Origin: an uncultured Gammaproteobacteria bacterium | GTDB taxonomy: Bacteria; Pseudomonadota; Gammaproteobacteria; JAURND01 | Direction of reading: 5' to 3' | Length of the DNA: 64,000 nucleotides | Assembly (NCBI GenBank): GCA_963714975.1 | Contig: CAVQQD010000001.1 | Span: forward strand, 320,001-384,000 | Shown: positions 8,519-18,909 of the stretch, piece after piece | Position numbering within the stretch: the stretch's first letter is position 1 | How the letters are laid out: each line of letters opens with the position of its first letter | Program-made: the position numbers and the translations under genes | Notes under the pieces: model-generated | What the model was told of the DNA's origin: nothing | The model's input: the letters and a program-made list of their open reading frames with translations, nothing else | Databases searched by the model: none

Positions 8519-10306
8519 TCATTCAGATAAAAATCCTTGCTGCATATTCCACAATTGAGGATAAATGATACCATTTTCCAATAGACGTTGATGAGTACCT
8601 TCTTCTATTATATGGCCTTTATCAAATACTAAAATTCTATCCATTGATTTAATAGTAGAAAGTCGGTGAGCAACTACTATCACTGTCTTATTCTTCATGG
8701 CGATTTGCAATGATTCTTGAATTAATGCCTCTGTAACAGAATCCAATGCACTTGTGGCTTCATCCAAAATCAGTATAGGTGCATTTTTAAGAATGGTTCT
8801 TGCAATTGCAATACGTTGACGTTGACCACCTGAAAGTTTTACGCCTCTTTCACCAACCAATGTTTGATATCCATTTGGTAACTGCATTGTAAATTCGTGT
8901 GCATGTGCTTGTTTTGCGGCTTCAATAACTTCTTCATCAGTTGCATCAAATTTTCCATATCGGATATTATCTATGATACTTCGGTGAAATAAGCTGGGAT
9001 CCTGCGGTATAAAACCAATATTTTTTCTGAGGCTGGCGAGAGTAATGGACTGAATAGATTGATTATCAATTAAAATATCACCTTTTTGGATGTCAAACAT
9101 TCGCGTGATTAGGTTTACAAAAGTGGTTTTGCCACTGCCTGAATAACCTACTAATCCAACTTTTTCTCCGCCAGTGATTATCAATGTTTTATCTTCAAAT
9201 AACCTTTGTGACTCGGTATAATAGAAATTAACATGAGAAAATACGATTTCACCATTTTCTATTTTGAGAGGAAAAACATTAGGGAAATCAAAGATGTCCG
9301 GCTTCTGAGATAAAAATTTAATTGCTTGATTAAAAATCCCTAATTGTTCTGAAACTCTAAAAAATACCTCAGTAATACTCCAGACCTGCTCTATTACATT
9401 AATTGAAAGTAGGAAGATAAGTGCAAAATCTCCAATTGTTAGCATCCCTTTTGACCCTAAAAAAATCAACGGGAAAATGGTAAAAATTTCGATGAATACT
9501 GTCATTACACTCATGGAAATTGCATATTTCATTAATCTTTTTTGTAGATTAATGTCTTTCTTTACCATGTCATCTAACGATGTCTTCAGGTATTTTCTTT
9601 CAAAATGTTTTCCTGAAAATAAAATAACGCTAACAGCATTTGCAAAACTATCTACTACGTTCCCGATAGAATGACTGCGGGATTCAGCAAAAATATTGGA
9701 GAGTGGTTCTATTTTTTTATTAAAATAAACAGCCATACCTATTACAGATAGAGTCCAAATTAAAAAAATAGCAGAAAACAATGGGCTCACTACAGACGCT
9801 ATAAAAATTGCGCTGATCAAAATTACAAAACGCACTAAAAGCTCTCTTGCCGACTGAACTAAACTATCTGTATTATTTGCCAAATCGATTATTCTATTGC
9901 TAATTGCACCACTTAAATTGTCTTGAAAAAATTTAAATGAGTGCCCATGAACATAATCTGATGTTTGATTAATAATGTCTGCTTTAAGTTTTGGAACACT
10001 TTTTAAAATCACATAGTTATTTAAACGCCATGCAAAGTTATTAACTATGGTAAGAATGATTAATATCAATGCGGGTAAAATTGTTGCGCCGATCAATGCT
10101 TGTTTTCCCAGCAATGGAGTTGCTGCATCGATTAGCTTTTTTAAGATATAAGGTTGTACCGTGCTATAGCTTGCAACAACAAGAATAATAAAAAACAATA
10201 TTAAAAAATAAATGCGATAAGGTCTAAAAAAATAACTAATAAATGCTCGCGCTGATTTCGGATATTCTTTTATAGCATTTTGGCTTTCGGTTTTATCTCT
10301 CATCAT
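8519..10306 (-). CDS. ABC exporter, fused permease/ATPase
   Basis: N-terminal TM domain, [26 protein letters not shown]. Start moved to ATG 10306. Confidence 0.9.
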   Translation of the reverse strand: MMRDKTESQNAIKEYPKSARAFISYFFRPYRIYFLILFFIILVVASYSTVQPYILKKLIDAATPLLGKQALIGATILPALILIILTIVNNFAWRLNNYVILKSVPKLKADIINQTSDYVHGHSFKFFQDNLSGAISNRIIDLANNTDSLVQSARELLVRFVILISAIFIASVVSPLFSAIFLIWTLSVIGMAVYFNKKIEPLSNIFAESRSHSIGNVVDSFANAVSVILFSGKHFERKYLKTSLDDMVKKDINLQKRLMKYAISMSVMTVFIEIFTIFPLIFLGSKGMLTIGDFALIFLLSINVIEQVWSITEVFFRVSEQLGIFNQAIKFLSQKPDIFDFPNVFPLKIENGEIVFSHVNFYYTESQRLFEDKTLIITGGEKVGLVGYSGSGKTTFVNLITRMFDIQKGDILIDNQSIQSITLASLRKNIGFIPQDPSLFHRSIIDNIRYGKFDATDEEVIEAAKQAHAHEFTMQLPNGYQTLVGERGVKLSGGQRQRIAIARTILKNAPILILDEATSALDSVTEALIQESLQIAMKNKTVIVVAHRLSTIKSMDRILVFDKGHIIEEGTHQRLLENGIIYPQLWNMQQGFLSE

Positions 10307-10698
10307 GTCTGCTCCACTTGGTCGATAAAGAATGGCAACGAACGGTTTCAAGGTTGACTTGACAATGCCGTTGTCATATTTTTACTTACCAGATTCTTGA
10401 TAATTATGTGAGGAATGTCGGATTAACCACAATAACGGTAGCGCCTTCCATTGCACAATGGCTAATGCTTTGAGTATAGGGATCATGTTCATAGTAGCCA
10501 CTATTATATCGTATTTTTGCGATATGCCAATAAGATGCCTACTTGTGATGGCCGGGTGACCAAACGTGGCGTTATAATGGGCATAGGTAAGTAAGGGGAT
10601 CGGCTGCATGACTAGATGTTTTCACGGATAGTTGTGTGTCGAAAAATTAGCAGGGCAAAACCCACTATTATTATATGATAAAAAGGAGGACAGATAAT

Positions 10699-11760
10699 AT
10701 GAATATTATTGTTTTAGAAACAAACAGATTGGTTCTTAAACCCATATCATTATCTGATTTTGATAATTTACTTGCATTGCGATCTGATCCAGAAGTTATG
10801 AAGTACATTGGTGATGGTTCTGTAAAAACAAAAGAAGAAGTGCTTGATTTTATTCAATGCGGATTAGAAGTTGAGCCGGGATTAAGTTATTATAAAAAAT
10901 ATGGCTTAGATTTTTTTTCAGTATTTGAAAAAGACACGGGCATATTTATAGGACAAGCCGGTTTATTTCATCTTGGTTTTGATGTAAAACAATCTGAAAT
11001 TGAGCTGGCGTACAGATTACATAAGAAATATTGGCATCGAGGATATGCAACCGAACTTGCAAAAGCGCTGATTAATTATGGATTTAATCAATTGTCACTT
11101 TCAAGAATTATAGCCGCCGTTCGTCAAGAAAATGAGCGTTCAAGAAAAGTACTAGAGAAGGCTGGCATGTCTTATCAGGGACTGATTGATTTTCGTGGGA
11201 GTCCGTGGCCATGTTACGAAATCTATAAAAATGCTATTGATCATTCTAAAATTCAATTGATTCCAGCATTATTTGAAGATTACCCCACTGTTCAAAATAT
11301 GGGACGATTTTATGTCTATGATATGAGCGAATATCTAGGGCAAGAAAAAGGCTGGGAAATACCGAACAATGGTTTATACGAGTGTATTGATTTTAAAAAA
11401 TATTGGGAGGTGGATAATACATTTCCATTCTTAATCCATTACAAAAATGAATTGGCTGGATTTGTCATTATTGATAAGAAAGGCAGTAACTCAACAATTG
11501 ATTTTAATATGGCCCAATTTTTTATTTTGAAAAAGTTTAAGAGTAAAGGGCTTGGTCGCGCTGTTGCTTTTCAATGTTTTAATAAATTTCGTGGGATCTG
11601 GGAAGTTATGGTAATGCCTGGCAATGAAGGTGCTTATCGTTTTTGGCGAACAATTATAAAGCATTATACCAATAATCATTTTAGTGAATATACCTGCGAA
11701 ATAGCTCATTTCAATAATAACAGAAAAAATATTTTCAAATTTGATACGAGAAAAAATTAG
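10699..11760 (+). CDS. Tandem GNAT acetyltransferase (RimJ/RimL-like plus second GNAT domain)
   Basis: ETNRLVL, YWHRGYATE..NERSRKVLEKAG, second KSKGLGR motif; AGGAGG RBS before ATG 10699. Confidence 0.85.
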   Translation: MNIIVLETNRLVLKPISLSDFDNLLALRSDPEVMKYIGDGSVKTKEEVLDFIQCGLEVEPGLSYYKKYGLDFFSVFEKDTGIFIGQAGLFHLGFDVKQSEIELAYRLHKKYWHRGYATELAKALINYGFNQLSLSRIIAAVRQENERSRKVLEKAGMSYQGLIDFRGSPWPCYEIYKNAIDHSKIQLIPALFEDYPTVQNMGRFYVYDMSEYLGQEKGWEIPNNGLYECIDFKKYWEVDNTFPFLIHYKNELAGFVIIDKKGSNSTIDFNMAQFFILKKFKSKGLGRAVAFQCFNKFRGIWEVMVMPGNEGAYRFWRTIIKHYTNNHFSEYTCEIAHFNNNRKNIFKFDTRKN

Positions 11761-11799
11761 GTTGCGATGCCCTTAAGTCGGTTGGCTGTTCCGTTGCTC

Positions 11800-11935
11800 C
11801 CCAAACCCCTAATCGTGCCAAGAATAACGTCTCAAAAAACGGCATTAATGCTTGTGATAGCCCTGTCAGCACTAAAGGGACCGCTAGCCGCCATAACGGC
11901 AGCGCATCATTTTTAAAATAGGAACGCCGCATCAA
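11800..11935 (-). pseudogene. MATE efflux transporter N-terminal fragment
   Basis: LWRLAVPLVLTGLSQALMPFFETLFLARLG resembles a MATE TM1, then the homology breaks off. Confidence 0.55.
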
Positions 11936-11942
11936 TCACACC

Positions 11943-12482
11943 TCAATGTGTTAACACTTGTTTAATCTCTGTAACCATGTCTTGAATACTGAGTACACCG
12001 CTATCCAACATCAGTGATCGATGTGCAAACGCTTGTTGGCGCAAATACTGTGCCCAATGATCCATTTCCTGATGAATTAATTCGGGTTGTTGGCGGAATT
12101 CTGCCAGTCTTTGATGTCGAACAGCATCATCACAATGCACTAATACGATGTGATAATCCTGGATACCCCAACCTCTGCACGCTGCCACAATAAAATCTAA
12201 ATTAATTTGTCCCTCCAGGATAACCGCTTCTTTATCAGCATCCTGCTGTTGTATGCGCAAAACCCAGTGATAGGTCATCGCTTTTTGCCATTCACTACCA
12301 GAACCATAGACCTTATTCATTTCTTCGACGGTAGGGACACCTATGCTATCAAAATAGTGAAAAACATTTGCAGTGTTGCCTAATTCACGTTCCCGTACCT
12401 TAAGTAATGTCGTTTTACCTGCACCAGAACTACCAGTGATAAAGATAACTTTTGGAGTTAAGCGACTGGTGAGTTTACTACT
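11943..12482 (-). pseudogene. P-loop (AAA/NMP kinase-like) protein lacking a valid start
   Basis: In frame upstream of the tracked ORF: KVIFITGSSGAGKTTLL. ATG 12497 is followed by TAG at 12485-12483. Confidence 0.6.
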
Positions 12483-12531
12483 CTAAATTGGCCCCATATT
12501 ATTATTTTATTTTGGCTCCACCATGGTCGAG

Positions 12532-12601
12532 TTGTGAGCTCAAACTGAACTGAAGTCCTGCCGCGCGGGCGGCGGGACTTCAGTTCAGTTTGAGCTCACA
12601 A
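12532..12601. repeat. Long hairpin (27-bp perfect arms)
   Basis: TTGTGAGCTCAAACTGAACTGAAGTCC / GGACTTCAGTTCAGTTTGAGCTCACAA. Confidence 0.85.
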
Positions 12602-12664
12602 AAATTAAATGGGGCCAGGCCGGAATAGCAAAATCAAATGCCTGCGGAAAAAGAAATTTGCATG

Positions 12665-13066
12665 CTACTCCCAAAAATCCGTTTCTCCTTTTTGCACTCC
12701 TGCTAATAACCTCGCGCACAATTCATCGGTAAAAGGCTTATCAAACAGGCCATTGAGTTTTAGTGCCTTGGCTCGCGTGTAACAGCTTTCCTCATGCACC
12801 GCATGGGCGGACAAAATAACAATCGGCACATTGGCATTACCACTTAAATGTTTGCGCATGAGTTGGGCCAGATCGAGGCCATAGTAATCCGGGAGTCCAA
12901 GATCAAGTAAGACCAGATCATAACGATGTGAAAATAATTGAATGGCTTGAGTGCCATTCATAGCTAAATCGACTTGGCAATTTGCTGCAGTGAAAATAGA
13001 TTCGGCCGCTTTACTGGCCATTTTGTTATCCTCAACGGCGAGGACTCTGAATTGCTTGGTATTCAT
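12665..13066 (-). CDS. Single-domain response regulator (receiver)
   Basis: VLAVEDN, DLVLLDLGLPD, IVILSA, DKPF. Confidence 0.9.
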   Translation of the reverse strand: MNTKQFRVLAVEDNKMASKAAESIFTAANCQVDLAMNGTQAIQLFSHRYDLVLLDLGLPDYYGLDLAQLMRKHLSGNANVPIVILSAHAVHEESCYTRAKALKLNGLFDKPFTDELCARLLAGVQKGETDFWE

Positions 13067-13592
13067 GATGGGTTGCTCCTATTGTTATCGTTAAAATGGA
13101 TTCATCAAACCAAGAAATCTTAAGGAGTAATAGTGGCAGAGATTAAAGAGATGACAGAGCAGGAGATCAAATCGCTGCCCCGCCACCGCTACCTCTGCCA
13201 CTTTATCGACCCAACCTCACCATCCTCCTTCCACACCCCAAATCGCTACAAAATGCTGCCCTACCACCCCACAATGGCTGCGAGGATTTAAAGCAGACAA
13301 CATTCTGATTTGACAATGGAAATACCACGAACGATTGGCACGTAAGAGAAAAATAATTGAAGCTGTTTTGCACGGACGCAAGATGCGTTAAACTGACAAC
13401 AGCCATTGTTGAATCTCCTTGGTTAGATTCCAGTGGTTAGCGTGTGGATCAGGTGTTTGACGCACCTACCACACGCGCTTATTATCCTCAGATTATTTTA
13501 ATCTAGCAACTGTTTTTTGTGCTAAATAATCCTAACTACACGAGAGGAATGTTAACAATTACGGTATTGTTTGTTCACTGTTGTGATTATAG

Positions 13593-13623
13593 ATTAGCCT
13601 TCTTTAATAAAAAGAAGGCTAAT
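13593..13623 (+). promoter_or_regulatory. Hairpin covering the probable RBS of the Rpn gene
   Basis: ATTAGCCTTCTTT-AATAA-AAAGAAGGCTAAT, 7 nt before the ATG; conserved at 59881-59915. Confidence 0.6.
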
Positions 13624-13630
13624 TTACCCC

Positions 13631-14590
13631 ATGACTCAAAATAAAATTTCTAACACCGTAAATTATAGCGATAATTTTTTTGTGCGATCTCTATCTGATT
13701 TAACTGTCGCCAAAGATTTTTTACAGCAGCATCTTCCTCAGCCATTATTGGAAGCGCTTGATTTATCTACTCTGCGTATTTGTAAGGATCGTCTGGTTGA
13801 TGAAACCTTGAGCTCCCGTTACACGGATGTAGTTTTTGAATTACAGCTCAAAGATTCTACGCAGACTGTCTACGTAATTGCCCATATCGAACATCAATCG
13901 GAGCCAGAAGCCGATATGCCAGTGCGCGCTTTTTTGTATGAAAGTGGAATCATTCGTGATCATGGGAGCAATCATAAACAAGTTCCCTTAGTCTATACTA
14001 TTGTTTACTACAATGGTGCAAAGGACTGGCGTTATCCTACGGATCTCAAGGCCTTAATTAATGCACCAACAGATTTAATTGATCGTTATTTTCTACAGCC
14101 TTTTCACTTGGTCCAGTTAAAGAAAATTCCTGATGAAGTATTAAGAAAACGACTATGGTCAGGCCTGCTAGGGTTAGCTATGAAACACATTTATGATCGA
14201 GATATCCTGCCTGCATTAGAAAAGTTCATCGACATGCTGCGGCAAGTAGAACAGCAAGGCAGGCAAGACTTCTGTCTCAGCATTTTGTATTATATTATAA
14301 AAAAAGGGGAGATCAGGGATAAAGCAGCATTTAAAACCTTGATTGACTCGCGTTTATCTCAGGAAACCAGGGGGGAAATTATGACTATAGCACAACAATG
14401 GCGGGAAGAAGGGCGGGAAGAGGGATTGACCATAGCGCAGCAATGGCGGGAAGAAGGGTGGCAGGAAGCAGCGAAGGCAATAAGACTTTTAGAAAAAGGT
14501 TTTCCCGTTGAGCAAGTAGCGCAATTAACCAAATTGCCGGTAGAAATAGTAGCTAGGTTAGAGCAAGAACAAGCGGAAGATATTACTTGA
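13631..14590 (+). CDS. Rpn/YhgA-like PD-(D/E)XK nuclease family protein, copy 1
   Basis: AKDFLQQHLP..LDLSTL, DVVF, IEHQS, IVYYNG, MTIAQQWREEG tail. Confidence 0.9.
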   Translation: MTQNKISNTVNYSDNFFVRSLSDLTVAKDFLQQHLPQPLLEALDLSTLRICKDRLVDETLSSRYTDVVFELQLKDSTQTVYVIAHIEHQSEPEADMPVRAFLYESGIIRDHGSNHKQVPLVYTIVYYNGAKDWRYPTDLKALINAPTDLIDRYFLQPFHLVQLKKIPDEVLRKRLWSGLLGLAMKHIYDRDILPALEKFIDMLRQVEQQGRQDFCLSILYYIIKKGEIRDKAAFKTLIDSRLSQETRGEIMTIAQQWREEGREEGLTIAQQWREEGWQEAAKAIRLLEKGFPVEQVAQLTKLPVEIVARLEQEQAEDIT

Positions 14591-14597
14591 AGCATTT

Positions 14598-16475
14598 CTA
14601 ACAGCAATCTTCCTTATAAATTTCGACGACAGCAAATTTTACAAGGTTATATCGTGATTTTGTTTGCTTAGAAAAGAAGTTGATTATCGAATTGGACGGT
14701 GGACAGCATGCCGAGCAAATAGAATGAATTGTTGTATAAGGCCTAAGATAAGAGCGCATAATGAGCTTACCCCTCATCCGCCTTCGGCACCTTCTCCCAC
14801 AAGGGGAGAAGGATATATTGCCGAAATTAGCCTGGAGTGGTACGCCATTTGTGCTCAGGAGGGGAAGAGAGGACTTAGGCTGCCTCAAACTGCGCTGCTG
14901 GTAGATATCCACTAATTCCTGGGTGTAAGGATGCTGGGGGTTAAATAGAATTTGTGCCACATCACCTTGCTCAACAATTTTTCCTTGCTGCATCACTGCC
15001 ACCTCATGCGCCATATAGGCCACTACGGCAAGATTATGCGTGATTAACAAATAAGATAGGCCTATGTCGCGTTGTAATTCGCGCAGCAATTGTAAAATTT
15101 CCATTTGCACGACCACATCGAGAGCACTGGTGGGCTCGTCACAAATAATGAGTCGTGGTTTCATCGCCAAAGCCCTGGCAATGCAGATTCTCTGGCGTTG
15201 CCCTCCTGAAAATTCATGGGGATAACGATTTTTGCAGTTGGTAGGCAAACCCACTCGGCGCAATAATTCATCAATCTCAGGCAGGCATTCTTCTAAGTTT
15301 ATAGCCAATTTTTGTGCCAACATCCCCTCGGCGATAATGCTCGCTATCTTCAGGCGCGGGTTCATTGAGGCATAGGGATCTTGAAATACCATCTGTAATT
15401 GGCCTTTGACTTTGTCCCAGGATTTAGTGGACAAAAATTCAACCTTCCCACCCGTAGGCTTGACCAAACGTAAAATTCCCTTGGCCGTGCTGGTCTTGCC
15501 GCAACCTGACTCACCCACTAATGCTAGCGTCTTCGCCACAGACACCGTAAAACTAACATCATCGACGGCTTTTACATAACCGACTGTGCGCTGCAGAATC
15601 CCCTTACGAATAGGATAATGTATCTGGAAATGACTAACCTTGAGCAGCGTAGACGTTGGAAAATTAGTAGTTTGCGGTCGATTATCCCAACCAGGTAAGG
15701 CGGTAAATAATTGCCGACTGTACAAATGTTGGGGGTGCTGAAAAAAATCCAGTACGCTAGCCTGCTCGACAATTTTACCGTGGGCAATGACAGCAATGCG
15801 ATTCGCTATTTGTTGGATAATGCTTAAATCATGGGTAATGAATAACATTCCCATTTTCGTCTCACGCTGAATTTCTTTTAACAAGGTGAGAATTTGCGCC
15901 TGTAAAGTCACATCGAGTGCGGTAGTTGGCTCATCCGCAATCAAGAGTTCAGGTTCAGGCGCCAAAGCCATTGCGATCATTGCTCGTTGCCGCATTCCTC
16001 CTGATAATGTATGAGGATAAGATTTGGCACAGCGCTTGGGATCAGCAATGCCCACTTGACTCAATAAAGACAAAACGCGTGCTTTACAGGCTCGCCGGCT
16101 TAATTGGCAATGATAGCGTAAAGATTCGGTGATTTGTTGGCCGATGGTCAATACCGGATTCAATGCTAAACTGGCTTCTTGAAAAATAATCCCAATCCGA
16201 CGACCACGAATTTTTCTCAAAACCAATTCTGGAAAATCTAATAAATTTTGTTGCTCCCAAAAAATGCGACTTGCCATACTCACCTGCGCCCCAGCTGGCA
16301 ACAATTGCAATATCGACAACGCAGTTAAAGTCTTGCCACTGCCAGACTCCCCAACCAAAGCCAAAGTTTCACCACGCGCTAACTTAAACTGGACATTGTC
16401 TAGGGCATTAAAAAAGCCATTTTCCTGGGGCAATCGCACACTCAGATGATTTACTTCTAATAATGATTCAGCCAT
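14598..16475 (-). CDS. Peptide ABC transporter ATP-binding protein, two NBDs, with abnormal C-terminal extension
   Basis: GESGSGKT / [16 protein letters not shown] / [15 protein letters not shown]. The last ~100 aa read through a family A repeat. Confidence 0.9.
   Translation of the reverse strand: MAESLLEVNHLSVRLPQENGFFNALDNVQFKLARGETLALVGESGSGKTLTALSILQLLPAGAQVSMASRIFWEQQNLLDFPELVLRKIRGRRIGIIFQEASLALNPVLTIGQQITESLRYHCQLSRRACKARVLSLLSQVGIADPKRCAKSYPHTLSGGMRQRAMIAMALAPEPELLIADEPTTALDVTLQAQILTLLKEIQRETKMGMLFITHDLSIIQQIANRIAVIAHGKIVEQASVLDFFQHPQHLYSRQLFTALPGWDNRPQTTNFPTSTLLKVSHFQIHYPIRKGILQRTVGYVKAVDDVSFTVSVAKTLALVGESGCGKTSTAKGILRLVKPTGGKVEFLSTKSWDKVKGQLQMVFQDPYASMNPRLKIASIIAEGMLAQKLAINLEECLPEIDELLRRVGLPTNCKNRYPHEFSGGQRQRICIARALAMKPRLIICDEPTSALDVVVQMEILQLLRELQRDIGLSYLLITHNLAVVAYMAHEVAVMQQGKIVEQGDVAQILFNPQHPYTQELVDIYQQRSLRQPKSSLPLLSTNGVPLQANFGNISFSPCGRRCRRRMRGKLIMRSYLRPYTTIHSICSACCPPSNSIINFFSKQTKSRYNLVKFAVVEIYKEDCC
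14767..14812. repeat. Family A repeat
   Basis: CCCCTCATCCGCCTTCGGCACCTTCTCCCACAAGGGGAGAAGG. Confidence 0.8.
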
Positions 16476-17793
16476 CACTGCTCCGTTTGGGGTCAAAAGC
16501 ATCACGCACCGCATCTGAAAATAAATTAGCCGACAGCACCAAGATAAACATAAACGCAAATGCTGCAGCTAATGGCCACCAGACGACGGGTTCGCGCGCT
16601 AATTCCATCCGTGCGCTGTTAATCATATTTCCCCAACTCATCGTCGAAGGATCTACGCCAACTCCTACATACGATAAAACAGCCTCTGCCAAAACCAACA
16701 TACTAAAATCCAAAACTAAAGTAATTAAGATAATGTGTTGCACATTACGCACGATATGCCGGGTAATAATTCGACCATTAGACACTCCCATCACCTTCGC
16801 TGCTTGGACAAAATCTATTTCCCGCAACTTCAGAGTTTCACCACGAATCAATCGACACAAGTCAGTCCAACTGGTAATTCCCAATATCGCGCAGAGAATA
16901 AACAAGCGTGCATCTGCTCGCGTCGCCAAATCAGGAAATAAATACAAATGGCTGCCAATAAAAACTTGCAGAGATAAAATTGCAGCGGTAATTAATAACA
17001 CGCCAGGAATGGAACTTAGGGTGGTATAAACATATTGAATGATATCGTCCACCCAACCGCCAAAATAACCGGCTAAAGTACCAAAAAATATGGCGAATGG
17101 CAGCATAAATAACGTGGTCAAAGTTCCAATGACTACTCCGGTCCGAATACTTTTTAAACTCGCATAAAACATATCTTGGCCAACTTTATCAGTGCCAAAG
17201 ATCGCATAAAATTTCGACAAATCTAAAGTCACAACAGCAGCCACTAACACTAAAGCAAGTCCGAGAAAAAAACTGCGCACCGCCAGTTTGCTCCGCCCGC
17301 TTAATACCATGCGAAATTGTCGAAAAATAGTTTCATGAGCCTGTTTAGCTGCATAAATAATAGTGAAACCCAATAATATCAGCCATGCTAACCCCACCTT
17401 TGCCAAATCAATACCAATATGACTAACAATTTTCTCCCAGGAAATTCCTGGTTGTAACGCAACCGCAAAAGGCGCTGTATAAGTTTCTTGTGAAATTTCA
17501 CCCAATGGCCATACCAATACATCGAATAAACTCTTTACCTGAGTAGAATAATAAATAACTCCAGATTCGGATACTGGCAATGCAGGATGAAAGTGCAAAG
17601 AGTCCAGTAAAGCTATCAAGAAAAAAACAACTAATAAGACCAGTGAAAACATCGCGATTGGACCGGCCAATACCCTCTGCCAAGTTTCTCGCAGCAATTC
17701 ATTCCGACGTGAATAAACCACAAAAATTAAGATAAATAATGTCAATACATAAAATAAAACATCGGTCACTAGTAGCACTGGTTGCACTGTCAT
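16468..17793 (-). CDS. Peptide ABC transporter permease (OppC/DppC-like)
   Basis: FGTDKVGQD, EAA loop FVQAAKVMG, SWGNMI, DAVRDAFDPK. Confidence 0.9.
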   Translation of the reverse strand: MTVQPVLLVTDVLFYVLTLFILIFVVYSRRNELLRETWQRVLAGPIAMFSLVLLVVFFLIALLDSLHFHPALPVSESGVIYYSTQVKSLFDVLVWPLGEISQETYTAPFAVALQPGISWEKIVSHIGIDLAKVGLAWLILLGFTIIYAAKQAHETIFRQFRMVLSGRSKLAVRSFFLGLALVLVAAVVTLDLSKFYAIFGTDKVGQDMFYASLKSIRTGVVIGTLTTLFMLPFAIFFGTLAGYFGGWVDDIIQYVYTTLSSIPGVLLITAAILSLQVFIGSHLYLFPDLATRADARLFILCAILGITSWTDLCRLIRGETLKLREIDFVQAAKVMGVSNGRIITRHIVRNVQHIILITLVLDFSMLVLAEAVLSYVGVGVDPSTMSWGNMINSARMELAREPVVWWPLAAAFAFMFILVLSANLFSDAVRDAFDPKRSSDG

Positions 17794-17799
17794 GTTTTA

Positions 17800-17922
17800 A
17801 ATCCTCCTCTCCCCACCCTCGAGGCTCGTCGTCCCGGCATTTGACCCCATCTCCTCAACCCTCCCCCACTTTCCCGAGTACACATGTACTCGGGATGCCG
17901 TGTGCTCGGGCGGGAGAGAGGG
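17800..17922. repeat. Composite palindromic repeat inside the ABC operon
   Basis: CCTCTCCC...GGGAGAGAGGG ends with an internal CCCGAGTACACATGTACTCGGG hairpin. Confidence 0.65.
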
Positions 17923-17926
17923 AGCA

Positions 17927-18907
17927 TTAATTATGGAACCTAATCCGAGGGTCAACTATCGTATAAGAAATATCAGTCAAAATAAGTCCCAAGACATACA
18001 GCACTGTTCCCAGATACACCATAACTCGCACAATATCAAAATCCTGCTGTGCAATAGCATCAATGGTATAACTTCCCAGTCCTGGAATTCCAAAAAAGGA
18101 TTCCAAAATTAAACTACCCATAAATAAGGTCGGAATAACCACCACCACCCCGGTTAAAATAGGAATTAAGCCATTTTTCAATACATGCTTAAATAAAACC
18201 CTGACCTCAGATAAGCCTTTTGATCGCGCGGTGGTGACATACTCTTTATGCACTTCTTCTAAAAAAATCGTGCGGTACCAACGTGTTCCCGCACCGATGC
18301 CACTTAATACACCCACTAAGATCGGCAAAATCACGAATTTGCTCGCAGCAAGACCACTTTCGTAACCTGAAATCGGCACGATTTGCAGCACCTTGGCAAA
18401 TAAATATTGCCCACCAATGATATAAAATAAGCTAGAAATCGACATCAACACGACACACATCACAACGCCCCAGACATCAACGTAGGCACCACGAAAAAAA
18501 GCCATAAATAAAGCAAAGCTAATATTAACTGCTAATCCTAGTAATAAAGTCGGCAAGGCAATCGCTAGGCTCGGCCACATTCGCTGACCAATATCATAAC
18601 CAATATCACGCCCACGTTGTGAGGTACCAAAATCAAACGCGAATAATCCCAGCGATTTTTTATAAAACAAAGTTTCAGTAAACTGCCCCCAACCCGCTGC
18701 TTGGTCGTTAAAAAACAGCGGTACATCATAGCCCTTGCTATGTTTCCATTGTTCGATGGCAGCCGGCGTTGCATATTTTTGTCCCAACTGAAATCGGGCC
18801 ATATCATCCGGGCTATTCACCATAAAAAACAACATGAAGGTGATCAGGTTTACCCCGATTAACACCGGAATCGCATAAAATAAACGCCTTATAATGTAAG
18901 CAAGCAT
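17927..18907 (-). CDS. Peptide ABC transporter permease (OppB/DppB-like)
   Basis: MLAYIIRRL, YVTTARSKGL..KHVLKN, IESFFGIPGLG, VDPRIR. Confidence 0.92.
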   Translation of the reverse strand: MLAYIIRRLFYAIPVLIGVNLITFMLFFMVNSPDDMARFQLGQKYATPAAIEQWKHSKGYDVPLFFNDQAAGWGQFTETLFYKKSLGLFAFDFGTSQRGRDIGYDIGQRMWPSLAIALPTLLLGLAVNISFALFMAFFRGAYVDVWGVVMCVVLMSISSLFYIIGGQYLFAKVLQIVPISGYESGLAASKFVILPILVGVLSGIGAGTRWYRTIFLEEVHKEYVTTARSKGLSEVRVLFKHVLKNGLIPILTGVVVVIPTLFMGSLILESFFGIPGLGSYTIDAIAQQDFDIVRVMVYLGTVLYVLGLILTDISYTIVDPRIRFHN

Positions 18908-18909
18908 CT

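Noticed and set aside
10352-10670. ORF 10382-10609 or an IS remnant between the ABC and GNAT genes
   Set aside because: No recognisable motif, RBS or IS end.
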